From: an uncultured archaeon
Lineage (GTDB): Archaea > Asgardarchaeota > Heimdallarchaeia > Heimdallarchaeales > Heimdallarchaeaceae
DNA: 59,990 nt
Direction: 5' to 3'
NCBI GenBank assembly: GCA_964534625.1
Contig: CAZHRF010000015.1
Location: 1-59,990 of the forward strand
The number at the start of each line of letters is the position of its first letter. The stretch's first letter is position 1. This document shows positions 59,941 through 59,990 of the stretch, piece by piece. The notes below the pieces were generated by a model, which made no database searches, was not told the DNA's origin, and was given only the letters and a program-made list of their open reading frames with translations. The position numbers and the translations under genes are program-made.

Positions 59941-59990
59941 TAATGCCTTCAATTTCAACCGTAAACATTTCTGTAATGCCTTCAATTTCA
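59941..59990. repeat. 17-bp direct repeat (33-bp period) at the window edge
   Basis: TAATGCCTTCAATTTCA at 59941-59957 and 59974-59990. Confidence 0.7.

Noticed and set aside
59832-59990. Gene start at the right edge
   Set aside because: The frame is ambiguous (early stop on +, short open frame on -) and truncated by the window

Overview
AT-rich archaeal window, inferred to be from an Asgard archaeon (probably Heimdallarchaeia-like). The basis is an Arf-like GTPase, several longin-like and DENN-like proteins, a JAMM/MPN+ protein, archaeal TATA boxes and Thr-rich membrane anchors. Most genes are housekeeping or stress genes: ABC exporters, SerA plus class V aminotransferase, Hcp, P-type ATPase, PerR/DPSL, S8 protease and MscS. 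Highlights: (1) a co-oriented six-gene cluster at 29426-34154 joining two 7TM proteins, an Arf-like GTPase, a longin-DENN-like protein, a uDENN-like protein and a longin protein. This is a candidate receptor/GEF/small-GTPase signalling unit; its longin+7TM module is duplicated at 55515-56881 and a related 3TM+3TM+longin-V4R unit lies at 14195-15791. (2) A complex-I-like membrane arm (NuoH/A/J/K/antiporter) with no catalytic subunits and many conserved charged residues substituted. (3) A 546-bp element bounded by terminal inverted repeats, carrying a TATA box and a densely structured RNA-like interior, that truncates a secreted-protein gene. (4) A 389-bp non-autonomous IS200/IS605 element with an orphan TnpB omega-RNA, inserted precisely after TTTAT in the phzF 3' end. 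(5) A canonical box C/D sRNA. (6) A ~107-bp MITE family. All calls come from reading motifs by eye; no database searches were run.
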